This document shows, in pieces, positions 49,223-62,455 of a stretch of DNA of 64,000 bases. The notes beneath the pieces were generated by a model. That model searched no databases and was not told the origin of the DNA. It worked only from the letters and a program-made list of their open reading frames with translations. The position numbers and the translations under genes were made by a program. How positions within the stretch are numbered: the first letter of the stretch is position 1; each line of letters opens with the position of its first letter. Source of the DNA: Felis catus (lineage: Eukaryota); assembly GCF_018350175.1 (NCBI RefSeq), contig NC_058368.1, positions 127,536,001-127,600,000 on the forward strand. The letters run 5' to 3'.

Positions 49223-51164
49223 CTACCAAAGGAGTAGCCAATTTATGTAAAGTATGTGGAAGGACTGACCATTGCATTAGGAGTTGTGCAAAACAGGTAT
49301 GCAGTGCTCTCCCTCAAAGAGCTCATAAGTTAATGGATAGGACTGGTCAATAGTCAGGAGCAGACACCAGAATACATAAATACCAATAGTATCTAGGTGC
49401 AGAAAAATGCAATGAAAAAGGTATGCATAAGCGATGAGGGAATGCTGAGGTGGAGTAAAGCCTGAAGCCAGAAGGATCAAAACTTGATGGAAAGGAAGGC
49501 AAAAAAGAACTGCCTTACAGGTAAGGAACTAGAATGTTCAAATAGCCATAAAGAAGAAATAAGCAAGACTATTTGAGGAGAAAAAAAAAAAAAGCCCAGT
49601 AGTCAGTAGTTGTAAAACCTATTCAAGTTTGTAGAATAAAAAATTAAGATAACTGAATAAAGTGAGGGGAAAAAAAAGAGCAGGCAGCAAACTGACATTC
49701 CCCCTCCCTCTCCAACAGTAGAAAAATTTCCCACTATCTAAAGGCTTAGTTCCATTCATCAAACCTTTGTGGGCATTTATTTTGTGCTAGGCACGGTATG
49801 AAGTGCTCTGCGATATTTCAAGATTAGCTAGATTCTGTCCACACTGTCTGGGAGTTCATACTCTAGTAGATAAACTGCAAAAAAATTCACATGACAAAGT
49901 ATAGCTCAAGTACCTAGATGAGAGCCTCGAAGCTGAGGATACTTAATGTCTGATTTTAAGTACAGAAAAGTGATTCTCAATTACCAAATAAAGTAATCAA
50001 TATGTCTAAGAATAATATAGGCCATAAAATGGGAAATTCATTGAATTCAGGAGATTCTAGGCTTCAGAATGTTCTTGCTTTCGGTAACCTTCACTTAAGA
50101 GAAGCAAATTATTTACAAGCTAGTCGTCTCATAAATGGCGTGTCATGTGGATGCTCAGAGATTAGGCACTTTGTCGATGATAATAACTAAGCTAAAATGG
50201 AAGATATAATAATTTCCTATAAAAAATTTCATTGAGGGTTTTGGATAAACATGGACTAAAACTGAACTAAGACATTCTGCAAATCTCCCATTGCTTTGGT
50301 GCATGTTAAAGGACTCCAATGTAGACGCAGAATTGGCTGCCTGTTTACAGGTTCCCATTTCCTATCATTATTTGTTCAATAACCTAACATCTACAATTAC
50401 CCTCCTAAATCCCTCAAAAAATATATGGTACTCATGATGCCTTTTGAAAATAAAATTAATTTTGTTTTCAGAATTCTTTGCCATTCCCCCCTTCAGAAAA
50501 CTTAGAAAACCCTACGGTGTTTCAAAATCATGCTTGAAAATCACTGCCTTAGGAAGTACAAATTGGAAAGTTCTGAAGATAACCAAAGGTGGGTGATGTT
50601 TGGATAATCTGGCAATTTTCTTTATAATAATGCAGAGGGTCAAGGAAACTCTTCCAACAGGAATGCTATACAGCTTGCCTTTTTTTTTTCTTTTTAACAA
50701 AATGTCTTTCAAATCAGCTGCCAGAAACTTTTCTGAAAAACACAGTACTGCAAATGACAGCCAAATAAGGCCTCAGGTTTTAACAAGTGGAAATTTGAAA
50801 GTGGGCGAAATGTTTTGATAAAGTTACCCACGCCTAGAACAGCAGATAACATCTCTTAATTTCATAAAGATTTTCCAAAATACCTTTTTGTGAATTTTCA
50901 AAATTTGTTTTTTTAGATTATTCAGATTTATTGATAACATTCACTTAACTAATTATTCACAGGCAGCAAAACAAATAAGAAACAAGATGTGTACAGGCTC
51001 TGGAACAAGGTTTGAAAAATGTGCCCCTGTGTAGGTAAGATACACGTAAGGCTGGATTTCCCACAACTGAAAGGGAGCTGTGCTGCAGCTTATTCAAAAG
51101 GATGGATAAAGTAAAATGATTTACACATGATTTACACATGATATGCTTCTCCCAACTATACACT

Positions 51165-51367
51165 TTTATTTTATTATGTTTTATTTTTGAGAAAGGGAGA
51201 GTGTGAGTGGGGGAGGGGCAGTGAGAGAGAGGGAGAAAGAGAATCCCAAACAGGTTCCTCACCGTCAGTGCGGGAAGCCGATGCAGGGTTTGAACTCGGG
51301 AACCCTGAGATCATGACCTGAGCCAAAATTGGATGCGTAACCAACCCAGCCACCCAGGCATGCCCCC
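51165..51367 (-). mobile_element. CanSINE
   Basis: ...GAGATCATGACCTGAGCCAAAATTGGATGCGTAACCAACCCAGCCACCCAGGCATGCCCC. Confidence 0.88.
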
Positions 51368-52928
51368 ACCACAAGAAGCTTGTTTTGACGCCCAGCTATG
51401 ATACCGTTTTACTTTGTGGCTGAGTTCCTCATCTGTGAAATTGAATAATAGTAACAGCTATTGCATAAGAATCCTGCAAAAATTAAATATGTTAATACCC
51501 ATGATATAAACTGTTGAGAAGACTGCCTGGTATAGAGTCAACACCCAATAAAAGATGCCTGCCACAAGCTGATACAAGGAACTTACAGAAATTTATACAT
51601 GGTAGATATCAACTATGTGCCAGGTATCTTGCATTTCATTTCATTTAATTCCTGCAATAACTCTTAGGCTATTATTTCATTACCACTATTTTACTGATGA
51701 GGGCATAAGGAGGTTAAATAACTTGCCCAAAGTCATATAGTTCAAGTACAGAACTGAGATTTCTTTGTCTATGGAGTGCTGGGGCCTCTCATTTAAACTC
51801 TGTACCAAATCACCTCAATAAAGAAAGCCGATCCAGTATTTAAAATTGATGACAGATATTTTTATAAAACATAGTAAAAATCTTAGTGTGCTGAGCTCTT
51901 GGTCCAGTTAACACTAATTTCTGCCCTTGGCTCCACTCAGGACATAACCGTGGCAACCAGTGAAGCCTGCCAAGTCACGAAATTCTTACAAAGGCACGGT
52001 ATTCTAGGAAGGGCAACTTGAGGGGGAATTCCTGAGTGTTTTTTCATCTATATGTCTGTACTCCTTTGATACAAAGGAGCTTTTATTAAACTCCATGGTA
52101 GTTTTCCATTTTGCAAAATACTATTTTCTTAAATTATTTCACTTTAAACTTTCATTGTGATTATTTTTCATTTAGGATTTATATCATTATAAACTCTGAT
52201 GATAAAATTATATCATCCTTATACTGAAAAGTGCATCTGGACATGGTGGAACAGGGCTTTTCAAATCATCATCATCATCACTAAAACTTTATTAGTCTTG
52301 GGCTGATTAGCAGAGATCAAAAACAATAAAATACCTACTTGAGAACAGGAGATACAGACAACCAACCCCTCTAACAAAGAGAAGGAATTATAAATATCAA
52401 ACTAATAATAGAAACAGTGCCTCAAGGGTTTAGAGGAGTAACATATATATCTCAGCCATGTAACTTGAAGAAGCAACAGAAGATGAATTTGACATTGAAA
52501 GAAGGTACCTATGGAAGAATAATTTTAAGATAGTTTGGAGGAGGTAGATTATCATGAGAAGGCAAGAAATGTTGGATTTTAGACTGTTTCCTATGGAAAA
52601 AATTAGTAAAATTTCTTTGGGATATAAGTAAATAATAGAGATATCTACATAAGATTAATTTGGTGGCAGAGTGTACTATAATTTGGAGGAATCTTGAAGG
52701 CTGTTTAGTTTTATAGTTGCATCTCAATATGAATTTGTGTAGAAATGGAAAGAAAGGGGCTAATGACCCAATATTTGTAAGGAGCATTCAAGTCAATAGC
52801 GAAGTTAAAAAGAGATCAGATATTTCTTAACATAATCAATTATATTTTCCATCTAACTAAGTATGTTTCATCCAATTAATCATCAAAAGACTGTGAATGT
52901 AAAAAGAGTATCTAGGGTTTATTGAACA

Positions 52929-52972
<44 letters not shown>

Positions 52973-53589
52973 GTCTTGATTTATATGAGAGCTATATTTT
53001 AAACATATAATGTGTTGGTCCCAGCTCAATTTAATAAAAAAAGATTATTTTTTTCCTAGATTAAATGTTAAGTGTGCTTTTTCCCTCTAGACCAAAACTC
53101 AATGTTAGAGATACCTCTAATGAAATAGTAAGTCAGTATTTCATTTAAAAGAAAAAATATTTTATAGGACACAATTTATAGTAGCAACATTAGCACAGCA
53201 TGTTTACTTTATTTCTGAGAAAGCAGTTGCACTACAATTTAGGGAGCACTCTTTCATTCACTTATAAAACCTTCCAGTTCTGTCTGGAATAGAATTACTC
53301 CTGATTAGTATGCTAAAATGATACACTAGAATGCCCTCTCTAAATATTAGCCAAACTTCAATAAAAACCATAGGTTTTAACGGCTACTAAAATTTTAACA
53401 TATTTTAACATTCTCTATTTCTGGGTCTTTTTTCTGTGGTTGGAAGAGCCAAGCACTTTGCCTTCATCTTGCTGACAAAAATCTCCTACATCCCACTATA
53501 TGTGTAGTAGACCATCCCCTACCATAATGAATGACTGAAAAAGTCACTAGCTATAAGTGTAAAACAAAGATGCCCTAGGCATAAACCCT

Positions 53590-53792
53590 TAGCATCATTA
53601 CCTAATTTGGCCATCACAATCATTCCAATGAGGTAGGTACTATTACCTCATTTTCAAGTTGAGAAAACTGAGGCATGGAAGTTAACCAACTTCCTTAGGG
53701 TCATACACACCCCGTAGGTAACAGAGTTTGAATGTTAAACCAAAGAGCCCTAGTCCAGTGTCTCTGTTTGTAATCACTACACTATACTGCCT
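53590..53792 (-). mobile_element. MIR
   Basis: TGAGGTAGGTACTATTACCTCATTTTCAAGTTGAGAAAACTGAGGCA...AACTTCCTTAGGGTCATAC. Similar MIRs near 21400, 22700 and 51650. Confidence 0.75.
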
Positions 53793-55829
53793 TTGGATTT
53801 ATAAAATAAAGTCAAATAAATTAATAAAGGTACTCTTAGCAAAATGAATTCATATAACTTAATGCAAATCTAATCGCACTACAAAATATCTATTTCAACA
53901 TATTGAAGAAAAAATATCTCAAAAAACTAACCAATGCCCATTAGCAATGATACTTTTGAGGCTCCGATAGATATTTCTTCATAAACAAAACATACCCAAA
54001 CTCCCCAAAATTGTTCATTGTATCAGACCTTCAGAGTCTTTTGCTGTTTTTGTCCACATAAACACACGTGCTAATGAATAAAACTCAACATGTATCCTAA
54101 ATTCAGAGTAATATCATACAGTAGTAGTCTATTCAAAACTTCGACACCAAGGAGCACAAATTCCTCATCTCTTTTGCAGTCTCTGTACACATCCACCACT
54201 AGCCCCAGGATAAGGATTTTTAGTCTTTTTTAAATTAGCATAATATGACTGGAAAGCCTCCCTCTAGCCCTGACACATAACATCTGTTTCAGTCATTTTG
54301 TTTTTCGGACATGGTTTTTATGAGACAAAATAGTGTATTTCACTGAAAGTGTCCATAATTCAGGGGTTTATAATTGTGGCTGGCAATTTGCTTTCTAAAG
54401 TTTAACATATTTAGCCAATGAATCCTCACAAGCAAATCGTATTTTTAGTGTGATACTTTTCATATCTAACTGTAAAGAACCTTCTCCAACCTAGTCATTT
54501 ATGGGGCATGTTTTACAAAAGGCATCACAGAAACTGTAGTTTTACTCCCAATTCTGTAATTAACTAGCTAAGTTAACTTGAACAAGTTTATTCAGTTTCT
54601 CTGAAACTCAGTTTTCTATTTACAAGTCCTATAACTTTCCTAAGGTGTTATAACCTAAAAAAAAAAGAAAAAAGAAAAAGAAAAATCAGAGGCTGTCTTT
54701 GATTACAAGTTTCAGCTGCCATTTAAGAAAAATCATTATCCCAAGTGCATCCTGAGGAAATATGGTCTCATCTATTTGCATGTAGTGATAGTATGTTCCA
54801 CAGATAGTGCTTTAAAAAGAGAAACAGAAAAGATATATTCAGTGTTTAAGAAAATAAGAGGGTACTGCACTAACCAGGTACCTTGCTAATATTTTTATGG
54901 CCCTGAAGCTTGTGAAAATTCCTTCCCGAACTAGGTAACAAAATTTATTCTGACATCTGAGTCACAGCTTGAGAGACAGAGTGGGAGAGCAATGCCTAAG
55001 TTAATTTAATATTTGGAATCAAAGCACTGTTTTACTTCTAACATAATGAAACTACAGAGCGACATATATTCACTATTACATAAGTCAGATTTTCTAACAT
55101 TTCAGGACCTATCTTATTATTTAATAAAAGAGAAACCTCTGCACTCATCTTCCACAAAGTGTATCTCACCAGACTAATTTTACTCAATTTTAATGAGCAC
55201 TGAATGGGGGAGAAAGCTTTTTGCGATTAAAAAAAAAGGGGAAGGGGCTACATTGAATATAATTAAACAGGTTTCCTTACAATAAGATCTCTTAGTATTT
55301 TAATATGCTAATATGATTTATGAAAGCCAACTTGGTTGGCTCTGAATTCACCTGCATCTTCCAGCATGTCCAGAGATGGGTATTATCAGAATCCTTACCT
55401 TGGCTTACTACAAACCTGTCTTTGAACACAGCTGATAGATAATGTTAACCTTCCCAGGTTTCTGATATGCTTTTCTTTTCTTCTTCTGAACTGCAGTGGA
55501 ACAGAATGCTCACAGCAAAACCAGGAGCAGTCCAGGTACTGCCTGGTACCAGCCTCTATTGGACTTACAGTTATTGTTATGCTCTTGCTCTGAGCCTGAG
55601 GCTAAGTCCACTCTCCTCTTTAACCGGTGTACCTCCTCTTGTAAAAGCCTTAACTTTAGCAGAGGCTGTGAAATAACTGGACTGTGAGTCTAAATGCCAA
55701 CTCTGTTGATAGCATGGTAGTTAGAAGGCTGTGAGCAGGCTAAGGAGTCAAAGAAATCCTCATCTAGAAGTCACTGTTGGTGAGAAGGTGCACAAAAGCA
55801 ACACAAGGCCAAACAAGTGCATTTCAAGA

Positions 55830-55972
55830 TTTAAATTACTTAAGAATCACTTGGAGACCACACCAAAGAGAGATTGATTCAGTAGGCCTGGAGTGGGGCT
55901 CGAGAGTTTGGATTTCCAAAGCTCCCACGTGATGGTAATACTCGTCCATGGTGCCCTTCTTAAATCTCCAGG
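55830..55972 (+). mobile_element. MER5A-like fragment
   Basis: AGAATCACTTGGAG...GAGATTGATTCAGTAGGCCTGGAGTGGGGCTCGAGAGTTTGGATTTCCAAAGCTCCCACGTGATG. Another copy at about 63440-63600. Confidence 0.7.
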
Positions 55973-56100
55973 GATTAGAATAAGTAGTGATTGATAGCAA
56001 TTGAAATCTATCTACCAAATGAAGGCAATTAACTTGTACCCAGGTGATGCCATTTCAAATTTATATCCAGCCATTTGTAGTGTTTAAATTTGTTGCTGAT

Positions 56101-56223
56101 TTTTTTCAAGGAAGAGATTTTTATTTTATATTTTAAGTAAAATCTACCCCCAACATGAGACTCAAACTCATGACCCCAAGATCGAGTCACATGTACTCTT
56201 GACTGAGTACAGCCAGGTGCCCC
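56101..56223 (-). mobile_element. Short-type CanSINE
   Basis: TTTTAAGTAAAATCTACCCCCAACATGAGACTCAAACTCATGACCCCAAGATCGAGTCAC...CAGCCAGGTGCCC; TSD TGTTGCTGAT. Confidence 0.87.
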
Positions 56224-56272
56224 TGTTGCTGATATTTTAATAAATAATGGATTTTTTAAAGTAAGCATTATT

Positions 56273-56483
56273 GGGATGCCTGAGTGGCTCAGTCAGTTAA
56301 GCGTCCGGCTATGGCTCAGGTCATGATCACGATTCGTGAGTTCGAGCCCCTCATCTGGCTCTGTGATGACAGCTTGGAGCCTGGGGCCTGCTTCGGATTC
56401 TGTGTCTCATTCTCTCTCTGCCCTTCCCCCACTTACACTCTGTCTCTCAAAAATAAATAAAAATGTAAAAAACAATTTTTTCT
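56273..56483 (+). mobile_element. CanSINE
   Basis: GGGATGCCTGAGTGGCTCAGTCAGTTAAGCGTCC head; TSD AAGTAAGCATTATT. Confidence 0.92.
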
Positions 56484-57599
56484 AAGTAAGCATTATTACA
56501 TAACAGTGCCATAAACTATTTTTTCAAATGAGCACAACACTATAAAAGATTCAATTCTAAAAGTAAATATTAGATCCGCATTTTTAAGGTGAGACAAAAA
56601 AAAAAAAAAAGAAGAAGTTGAAAAACACACTCCTGCAAGTATGGTGAAATTCTTTGCCTGTTTCTACATTACTAATTGAAATTAAAAGACAAACCTTATC
56701 TAAGACTTATAGATGACTTTCTGGATGCAATTTAATTAATTTGAAAGCATTTAACTGGATCAATACTATGTGTTAAGTTCTATGGACATAATGGAGATGC
56801 TGATCATTGTGTATCTGAGGACACCAGATTCATTCTTTTCTGTGTTCACAGTTAGCTGAAGCTTTCAGTCAAGTTTCCTGTGTGTATAGCATTGACAAGG
56901 ACACTCATACTCAAGATTTACCACCACACTACTGACCTCTCTATCATCTAAAATCTTAATCAGGAAAGTGTGCTTCCATCAACCCAATACTCCTAATCCT
57001 CCAGTAAGTCTATGTATAACTGTATAAGCGAGTATATGCTTTTCTTTCCAGTGCTTTCAAAGAAGTTATTCTGGCCGGGAAGGGCTCGAATGATGGCTAA
57101 ATTATGAAGAACAATATGAGTTTTTTCCCCAAAATTATTATTTTTCAGCCCTAATAAAATAACTATGACTACTTACTACACTAATATATAAATACATATT
57201 CTAACTAGTTTAAGAACCACCACTTATATTCTGTAATTATGTAAGCACTGCATAAAGTCAGCCAGTAATTATTTAATCAGTTACAAAGGAAAAATAATGC
57301 ATGACAAAGAAATCCTCCTGCTGTGCCCACGGTGAAGACTCTTCAACCTGAGCAGTGGTTGCCTTGTGATCCTTGTATTTTAAATGCCTGAAATATAGCG
57401 TGCCCAGAAGACATGTGTTAAAGGAAGGGAAGAAGGGAGCCAATGGTTTGTACACCTTGTTTTAATATTTGTTGTGCATTTTAGATAGTTAGACTAAAAG
57501 GACTGTGTGTCCAAATCAATTTACACTGATCTACCCATTAAAAATTCAAAATGTTTTAGAAATAGCATTACGAGGCATGTCTGCAATTTTACAAATGCA

Positions 57600-58400
57600 T
57601 TACTTTTATAAATTATCCATGTAATACACAATCTATTCTCATTGCAAAAATTGTCAAAATTACCCAAAAATCTAGAGGTCCTATAGACCACCATCCCCAA
57701 ACTTGGCCCTCCTCACAGGAAACCCTATGATCAATTGTGTCTCTCTTTCCAGACTCTCTTGTCCATTATAGGAACCACTAGGCCCATGTGGCTATTCAGT
57801 GCTTGAAATGTGGCTAATGCAATTGAAGAACAGAATTTTTATTTTTTACATTTTTACTCATTTAAATATAAATAGGCTTTTGTGCCTAGTGGCTACAATA
57901 CTAGACAGCAAAATTCTAGATCTCCATGTGATGTCATGAAAGTTATGTGCCTAGAGGAACATATACTTCTGTTTTCTGAGGCTTTTGTTTTTAAACACAG
58001 TGTCATACTTAATGATCATTCTGATCATTCAGCAACTTGTTTTCATTCAACAAAGATCTCCCTTGTTATCTTTAGCTGAGACACAGTATTACACAGAATG
58101 GTCATTTCTCAGCTCTGTTAGCCATGTCCCTATTGATGAGCCTTCAGGTGTCCAGATGTTCACTGTTACGTACAAACAACAGCCTTACAACCTCCTCACT
58201 GGGCACACATCCCAAGAATTTTTTTTTTGCAATAGATACACAGAAGCAGGATTCTTAAATGATAAGGTATAAGCATTTTTCATTTTAATAGAAACTGCCA
58301 AATTGTTCTTCAAAGTGGCTGATTCAATTTACACTCCCACCAACAGTGTTTGAGTTCCCACATTTTTTTCTCAAACAGCCTTCTACTGCCATCAATTTCC
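57600..58400 (-). mobile_element. Old L1 fragment interrupted by a MER3-like piece (about 57770-57911)
   Basis: CCTATTGATGAGCCTTCAGGT...ACTGCCAAATTGTTCTTCAAAGTGGCTGATTCAATTTACACTCCCACCAACAGTGT (antisense L1); CCACTAGGCCCATGTGGCTATTCAGTGCTTGAAATGTGGCTA (MER3-like). Confidence 0.7.
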
Positions 58401-59592
58401 CTGCACTAGCTGTCAAAGTCTTTTTTTTTCCTCCCTCAAGAATATCTTTTATTTTTGTAGGGTGGAAGAAATTAAGCAGTGCATCAGTGGCTACCATTAA
58501 AATTCACAGAAGTGGGAAAATATATTTCACTTTACTTCCAAGTCAGTGTTCAATTTTTGCTCTTTAACAATTTTAGTTGACCAAGCATTTCCCTGGAGTG
58601 CCTCTAATATGACAATATCTACACATTATGGAGGGCTTTTTCAAAGGAAAAAGCATTAACTTTCTTTTTTCAGTAATGTTCTGGCACTACTCAGTGAAAT
58701 ACGTTTTAAATTGCTTTTCCTGTAATAAAGATAGATTGTGTTGAGAATTTATCCTTCTTGCCTAGTCCCTGTTTTATACATCAGCATAGAATTTTCCAAT
58801 GCATGACCAAGACTCTATACTGCATCATGGCATTTTTTTCCTTGAGCAAAATTAATGGTCTAGATAAGGACCATTGTCAATTCACTGGATCCTGGTCTGA
58901 CAATAGTATCAGTGCAGCAACCTCAGTTAAACATTTTTGTGTGACTGAAAGAGCCCTTGACTAGGAGTCCAGTTCTCAGTCTACTCCTACCTGTTCTAAG
59001 GCCTGAGGCAAGTCCTCTACTCTCTAGGTGTCGATTTCCTTAACTGAATATGATGGTGATGAAACAGATGACCACAGTGGTCCCCTTCACTGGTGAAATG
59101 TACTGCTCCTAAGAACACATCACCCTCATATTTACAGGTAAATATTACTTGTAAAAATTACGGTAGTTGCTGAAAAAACAGGAAGAAGTCATCAAGAGTG
59201 GTTTTATGTAAAATCAGTAAACACCTATTAATATGTGAGGCCAAGTACATGTGCTGTGTAAGCACACATAATATTTATGCTTTTCTACCTATCTGGAATG
59301 TTCATTGCAATCCCATCCTACTCATTCTCCAAAAGTATTGGCCACCTGCTTAGGAAAGATCTGGGAATCATAAGAGACAACTTGCAGAAATGTTTTAAAG
59401 CCTTATCTTCAAAAGACAGAACAGAAGATTTATAAAAATTAGAGGTTTTCATTCTAATCCCTGGCAAACTCTTGAATAAATTATTCAAGCAATTAACCAC
59501 GAACCTTCTATGATGTAGGCAACAATATACAGGATTCAAATAAGGTTATTTAAAATTTGTATCATTTCCTTTCTGGAGACAGCGACTGTGCT

Positions 59593-59676
59593 AATAGATA
59601 ATGGAATGAGTATCTTGTGTCATATTGGATGGAATGGAATGGAATAGATAATGGAATGAGTATCTTGTGTCATATT
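59593..59676. repeat. 34-bp direct duplication separated by a 16-nt (GGAAT)n-like insert
   Basis: AATAGATAATGGAATGAGTATCTTGTGTCATATT at 59593-59626 and 59643-59676; spacer GGATGGAATGGAATGG. Confidence 0.93.
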
Positions 59677-60569
59677 TTACCTGGTTTTCATAACGACATT
59701 TGACAAGATCTTTCAGATTATACTTGTGGGCACAAGGGAGCCAAGTGGGCTAGATGGATGGATAAGTGGTTCATAAAAACTTGGGCAATTGTCCTCAAAA
59801 AATGTGGAGTAACAGTGTCCACATAATCCCAAAAGGCAGTCACTACCATCATATGCAGAGTTATAAGCATTTTAAGATACAGACTTTACGATATGTAATG
59901 TTTACCATATCTGACTCTAACACAAAATTGGCAGGATGGCTAAAGTGGTAGGTTAGTAGTTTCCCAAACCAAACTGATCATTACAATTTTCTAGGGGAAA
60001 TGTTAAAACAGAACTCAGAACCCCACAAATACTGAATTAGAACCAGCAGAGTTAGGTCTAGGAAACCTTTTCTAGCGAGTCTCATGATCAGTCACGATTG
60101 AAAGCCACAGTCCTAGATGATAAAATCAAACCCCAAGAACAAATCTGCTTTAAAAGGTAAATATTTTTTTAAGAGAAAATAAAAAAGAAAAACTTCAGAG
60201 CGTAGAAGAGAAGATCAGATTTAACAACATTAAAATGGATTTAGAAAAATGCAAAATCCCGTAGCTCAAATGAAATGTTAACAGCAATTCAGATTTATGG
60301 CTATTAATCTTATAGCTCTAACAGAATCAATGGAAAGAGATAACAGAAGCAACAGAAAACAGTAATGTCATCAAAAGCTGCATTTGCAGAAGCAGATTAT
60401 GTAGAGTGCAATGGTCAGGGCTGTAGTATGTGGATTTGTGGCATATGCATGGGCAGTGCCCAATCCCAGAGGGAGACATTCACAAATTCCCATGTAAGTG
60501 GTAAGATCGTACTGTGTTCTGACCAAACTGGGAAATTGTTGTCAATCTTGGGGGCCACTTTTTAAATGC

Positions 60570-61310
60570 ATGCTTACTTTTTTGATAACATATACCCTAA
60601 ATTTACATTAAATACAAAAATGATAAATGTACACCTTGATTTTATAATGTGGACATACATATGTAGGTAACATCCAAATAAAGATATAGAATATGTTTTT
60701 CTCAGTCAATACTCCTCCCAGAGGTAACCACTATTTTGATCTCTCACCATAAATTTGTTTTGCCTGTTCCTGAACATCATACAAACAGAAACAGACAGTA
60801 TATACTATTTTGCATCTGGATTCTTTCATCTAACATAATGACTGAGAAAACATTCTCACCTTGTCTGTAACATTAATCTCTTTCATTGCTCTGAAGTATG
60901 CCCCTGTTTGAATACACTGCAATTTATGTATCCTTTCTACCAGTGATGGACATTTAATATGTTTTCAATTTGCATGGTTATGAATCAAGCTGGAATGAAT
61001 ATTCTTGCTTATATATTTTATTGGACATAAGCCCTCATTTTGTTGAGTATATGCCCAGGGGTGGATAGATGCATCATAGGCAAGTGTATGTTTAGCCTAC
61101 AGTAGATAATGCCAAATAGTTTCCAAAGTGATCTTTCCAATTTAAACTCCTATCAGCACTGTGTGAGAAGAGATACTCCATATCCTTGCCCACACTTGGT
61201 ATTTTCAGTTCTTTTAATTTTAGCCACTGTGATGAAGGTATAGTAATATCTTATTATGATTTTAGCTGCATTTTTCAAGTGAATAATGATGATGACTATT
61301 TTTCCATATG
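60570..61310 (-). mobile_element. Old L1 (L1M-type) 3' region; resumes at about 62460-62590
   Basis: GAGGTAACCACTATTTTGA...TTTTGCCTGTTCCTGAACATCATACAAA...GATGGACATTTA...TGCCAAATAGTTTCCAAAGTG...TCCATATCCTTGCCCACACTTGGTATT. Confidence 0.85.
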
Positions 61311-61315
61311 GGTTG

Positions 61316-62455
61316 GCAGTGGCATTGTAAATGTTTAACAACAACCTTCTGGGGAAAAATAGACACGTAAAATTTATTATAAATTTTACTATACCAAGTA
61401 TATGTAACACATAATTTACAAACAATAAAAACTACACAATAGCCTTTAATTTTGAATTCTATAAAGCCAATTGATTCCCACAGAATGCATTCATTGGTTT
61501 TTTGCTGAACTCTTGTATATGTAACCAAACTGAGGTTGCAATTGACAAGAGTGTAGTTCTTACATGACTGTGGGTTGATAATTTGGTTTACATTAACAAG
61601 TAAGACAAAAGTGAAGCAACAAAGACGTATATTTGATTTCACTCATTTGTCAGTGACTAGGGTCAATTCTTTGCTGCATCAGATCACGGTTTTAAAATTC
61701 CATAGGAAAGTTCCCTCGCTTTTTTGTGTGTTCTAATACAATGGCTGCAAACATAGCACACTTAATTTTAATCTGTATTATTAACATTTCTCTGTACTAC
61801 TTTCTTAAGTCTAGACTGTCAGCAAAACAATCAACCCCTGATTTGTAGCACTTGCTGATTTCCTTGATATAAATACCTTCATAGTCAATTTCAGGCGACC
61901 AACATGACATCCCTGAACAGAGTTGGGAAGAGAAGTACAGTAACTCACTAATATGTGCTGTTTGCATCATACAGATACAGCAGACGAATAGGCTTAAGAG
62001 CACAGATTATAATAAAATGTAGTAAAATAAATAGGAGTGAAACTTCTGAGTATGTATTACCTGTTTTTGATATAATTTATGTATTTATCTTTTTAATTTT
62101 TTTAAATGTTTATTTATTTTTGACAGAGAGAGAGAGAGAGAGAGACAGAGCACAAGTGGGGGAGGAGCAGAGAGAGAGAGGGAGACACAGAATCTGAAGC
62201 AGGCTCCAGGCTCCGAGCTGTCAGCACAGAGCCTGACGCGGGGCTTGAACTCACAAACTGCAAGATCATGACCTGAGCCGAAGTCGGACGCTTAACCAAC
62301 TGAGCCACCCAGGAACCCCAGATATAATTTACTTTATTGGAAGTTTATGTACGTTAATTTTAAACAATGATGTATGTAACAATTAGCTCACCAAATTTAT
62401 GAATATTTAAAAATTAGTGCTTATGAGCCAGTATAGGCAGACCCTGGAACGCTAA
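61316..62455 (-). mobile_element. MER63 (MER63D-like, hAT-Blackjack) DNA transposon, near full length, interrupted by a SINE
   Basis: CAGTGG...GTAAATGTTTAACAAC end; internal AGCCAATTGATTCCCACAGAATGC, CTTTCTTAAGTCTAGAC, CCCTGATTTGTAGC and GAGTTGGGAAGAGA match the MER63 reverse complement as recalled. Confidence 0.78.
62090..62319 (-). mobile_element. CanSINE nested in MER63
   Basis: ...GAAGTCGGACGCTTAACCAACTGAGCCACCCAGGAACCCC; GATATAATTT on both sides. Confidence 0.93.

Noticed and set aside
3474..54964. Scattered AP-1 heptamers TGAGTCA/TGACTCA (3474, 13439, 13570, 38767, 39892, 41366, 54958)
   Set aside because: The number seen is close to chance expectation for a 7-mer on two strands of 64 kb.
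59593..59676. CRISPR-like repeat-spacer-repeat, or a satellite III (GGAAT)n insertion
   Set aside because: Mammalian intron, only two repeats and no cas genes; the GGAAT units are explained by local templating.
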